64,000 bases of DNA, from the IMG/VR virus record IMGVR_UViG_3300042473_000506; one strand, written 5' to 3'. Shown one piece after another: positions 62,210-64,000 of the stretch. How positions within the stretch are numbered: position 1 is the first letter of the stretch; every line of letters starts with the position of its first letter. The stretch comes from a virus (taxonomy: Duplodnaviria; Heunggongvirae; Uroviricota; Caudoviricetes). The notes beneath the pieces were generated by a model. The model was not told the DNA's origin. It was given only the letters and a program-made list of their open reading frames with translations, and searched no databases. The translations under genes and the position numbers were made by a program.

Positions 62210-63133
62210 TTACTGAAGTCTTGCCAGTTTAACCAGCGTAGCCGCTAAGTTGATTTCTGCATCTGCAATCAACGTGTGATCAACTAGACCTTGTTTAATG
62301 ACCAGTAGAGCCTGGTCTTTCTTTTCATCACTATCGCCAAACAGTTCGAGATTGTCATACATCCAGCGATAGATGTCTTCCATCTCTTCAGGACGGGCTT
62401 TACCACAGAGCAATTTTCGTGCATCTTGGATTTTACCTTTCTTAAACAATTCGACCATAGCAATCTTATAGTCAGCCCCACCGCTATCACCTGTAGTGGG
62501 TGCAGCTAACACATTATCTTCTGTTACATTTTGTTGTACTAGGTTAATACACTTACGAAGATCTGGGTAAGCAGTTTTAACATAGGTGTCAAGTGTGTCA
62601 AGATCAAAGTCAATATTCTCAGTTACTAAGATTGTAGCGACCCGAGCAGTGAATTCCGTTTGGTCGGTCTTCTCCACATGAAAACCCTGGCAACGACTAT
62701 GCAGTGCAGGAATAATTTTATTCTTATAGTTGCAAGTTAAAATAAATCTTGCTGTATTAGAATAAGTTTCCATTAGCCCTCGCAAAATAGCCTGTGCGTT
62801 AATGGACAAATAATCAGCTTCGTCTAATAGCACAACCTTAAACGGACCAAATGGGATCATTTGTACGAAGTTTGTAATCTTATGGCGTACATTGTCGACA
62901 TCGTTATCTCGACTAGCGTTAATTTCCAATACATCAAATTCTTCAATACCTAGCTCGTTTAATAGAACTTTTGCCAATGTAGTCTTACCAATACCAGCTG
63001 CACCACTTAGCAACAAGTGCGGAATGCTACCCTCCTTGATCCATGACTCAACCTGCCGCTTTTGTGAAGCATCTCGAAATACATAGTCTTCAACCTTTTT
63101 AGGTCGGTACTTTTCTACCCATAGTTCTTTCAT
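62210..63133 (-). CDS. Clamp loader subunit (RFC small subunit / T4 gp44-like)
   Basis: WVEKYRP, GAAGIGKTT, LEINAS, VLLDEAD, FILTCNY, LHSRC. Confidence 0.95.
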   Translation of the reverse strand: MKELWVEKYRPKKVEDYVFRDASQKRQVESWIKEGSIPHLLLSGAAGIGKTTLAKVLLNELGIEEFDVLEINASRDNDVDNVRHKITNFVQMIPFGPFKVVLLDEADYLSINAQAILRGLMETYSNTARFILTCNYKNKIIPALHSRCQGFHVEKTDQTEFTARVATILVTENIDFDLDTLDTYVKTAYPDLRKCINLVQQNVTEDNVLAAPTTGDSGGADYKIAMVELFKKGKIQDARKLLCGKARPEEMEDIYRWMYDNLELFGDSDEKKDQALLVIKQGLVDHTLIADAEINLAATLVKLARLQ

Positions 63134-63225
63134 TCTTCTTTACCTTTTGCTACAACACACAATGATACTACCAACATGCCTAAATAAAAACCTATAAAAA
63201 GTCCACCTATAAATGACCAAATCAT
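63130..63225 (-). CDS. 31-aa single-TM peptide (not in the ORF track)
   Basis: My translation: MIWSFIGGLFIGFYLGMLVVSLCVVAKGKEE; ATGA overlaps on both sides. Confidence 0.6.
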   Translation of the reverse strand: MIWSFIGGLFIGFYLGMLVVSLCVVAKGKEE

Positions 63226-63389
63226 ACCAGTTCCTCAAAAATTCCAAACACTTCTGCTAAAATAATACAAACACCAGCCATTAGCAAATTTCCCTGCATT
63301 AACCAGCAGCCTGCTCCTATGCGAATAACACTCTTTACAAGGCTGACATAAAAATGTCCCTTGCTTGTGTCTTTAGGTTGAATTTCCAC
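63222..63389 (-). CDS. 55-aa two-TM membrane protein (not in the ORF track)
   Basis: GTG start; my translation MEIQPKDTSKGHFYVSLVKSVIRIGAG...FGIFEELV; ATGA overlap. Confidence 0.6.
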   Translation of the reverse strand: MEIQPKDTSKGHFYVSLVKSVIRIGAGCWLMQGNLLMAGVCIILAEVFGIFEELV

Positions 63390-63520
63390 GGCGAAACCAT
63401 CCTTTAATTGTTTGAAAGAGATTATAAAATCTAAAATGATAATTAGTCAGTATCGGTGGATGGTTAGGACACCTGCCTTGATTATAGTCGCATGAAGAAC
63501 TATATTCTTTTTTACATAGA

Positions 63521-63724
63521 TCACACTTCATTAATTAAATCCTTTAGTGCAGAAAAAGTTTTGTCGTCCATGCACATATCAAATCGAGTACGTTCACTGT
63601 TTGGATCTTTGGCACCATCAAAGAAAGTTGATACTCGTAAGTATTTTGTTCCAGTTGGCATGTCGATGTCTCTAATCTCAACATAGGTCTTCATTCCACC
63701 TGTATCGCTAATTAATCGTTTCAT
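63521..63724 (-). CDS. Hypothetical protein
   Basis: 67-aa ORF with an ATGA overlap. Confidence 0.6.
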   Translation of the reverse strand: MKRLISDTGGMKTYVEIRDIDMPTGTKYLRVSTFFDGAKDPNSERTRFDMCMDDKTFSALKDLINEV

Positions 63725-64000
63725 CGTAGTGCCTCCATTGTGATAATTTTGTCAATCTCTTTGCCAAAGTCTGCATCGTTGGTAATGACATACAGACCGT
63801 TTGAACTACGATCAGTCTTTTTATCATAACGGCGTGTTTCTACAACACGACCACCGTTGGCGACATAAACTGTAAAGTGCAAGGCACGTTCTGGTTGATC
63901 AATGCTAGCAGGCCCGGCACTGATTGCCATTGACCTAGAAAGTCTATTCACTGAAACTGCTGAGTCTTTTTCTTGATTTTGTCGCTTCTCCCATTCGGCA
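63721..64000 (-). CDS. Hypothetical protein, 5'-truncated by the window edge
   Basis: The frame is open beyond the GTG at 63951 to the window end (AEWEKRQNQEKDSAVS-VNRLS...). Confidence 0.6.
   Translation of the reverse strand, partial: AEWEKRQNQEKDSAVSVNRLSRSMAISAGPASIDQPERALHFTVYVANGGRVVETRRYDKKTDRSSNGLYVITNDADFGKEIDKIITMEALR

Noticed and set aside
63390-63520. tRNA or riboswitch (for example preQ1) in the largest intergenic gap
   Set aside because: No cloverleaf, T-loop GTTCRA or preQ1 consensus visible.
1-64000. Genetic-code reassignment
   Set aside because: Conserved enzymes (ThyA, PolB, ClpA, RFC) are full length under the standard bacterial code, and coding density is high.

Overview
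This window is a 64-kb piece of a large, AT-rich, T4-like (jumbo) myophage genome. The spanin pair points to a Gram-negative host, and ThyA, ClpA, Def and DnaJ are proteobacterial-like. It is almost entirely coding. From left to right it holds: (1) a + strand baseplate/short-fibre block that includes a subtilisin-like protease (1-11.2 kb); (2) a - strand nucleotide and replication block with thyA, folA, a VWA/metallopeptidase plus MoxR ATPase pair, RNase H, a 7-deazaguanine DNA-modification cluster (QueE, DpdL/QueD-like, TGT/DpdA-like, a glycosyltransferase, cupin, MazG), a sliding clamp, family B DNA polymerase and AdoMetDC; (3) modular head-internal-like polyproteins whose modules are joined by a QGVAE linker conserved at the DNA level (CAAGGTGTGGCGGA[A/G]G), one carrying three different nucleotidyltransferase folds and one ending in a perfectly phased A_AAA_AAG -1 slippery site plus hairpin; (4) a fatty-acid desaturase and a QueC-like pair; (5) long tail fibre/adhesin genes; (6) a dnaJ-def-clpA operon, a lysis cassette (GH19 endolysin, spanins, holin-like proteins), phoH and a clamp loader. 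I saw no tRNA, rRNA, CRISPR array, reverse transcriptase, intron or intein. All family assignments come from motifs read by eye; no database searches were run.
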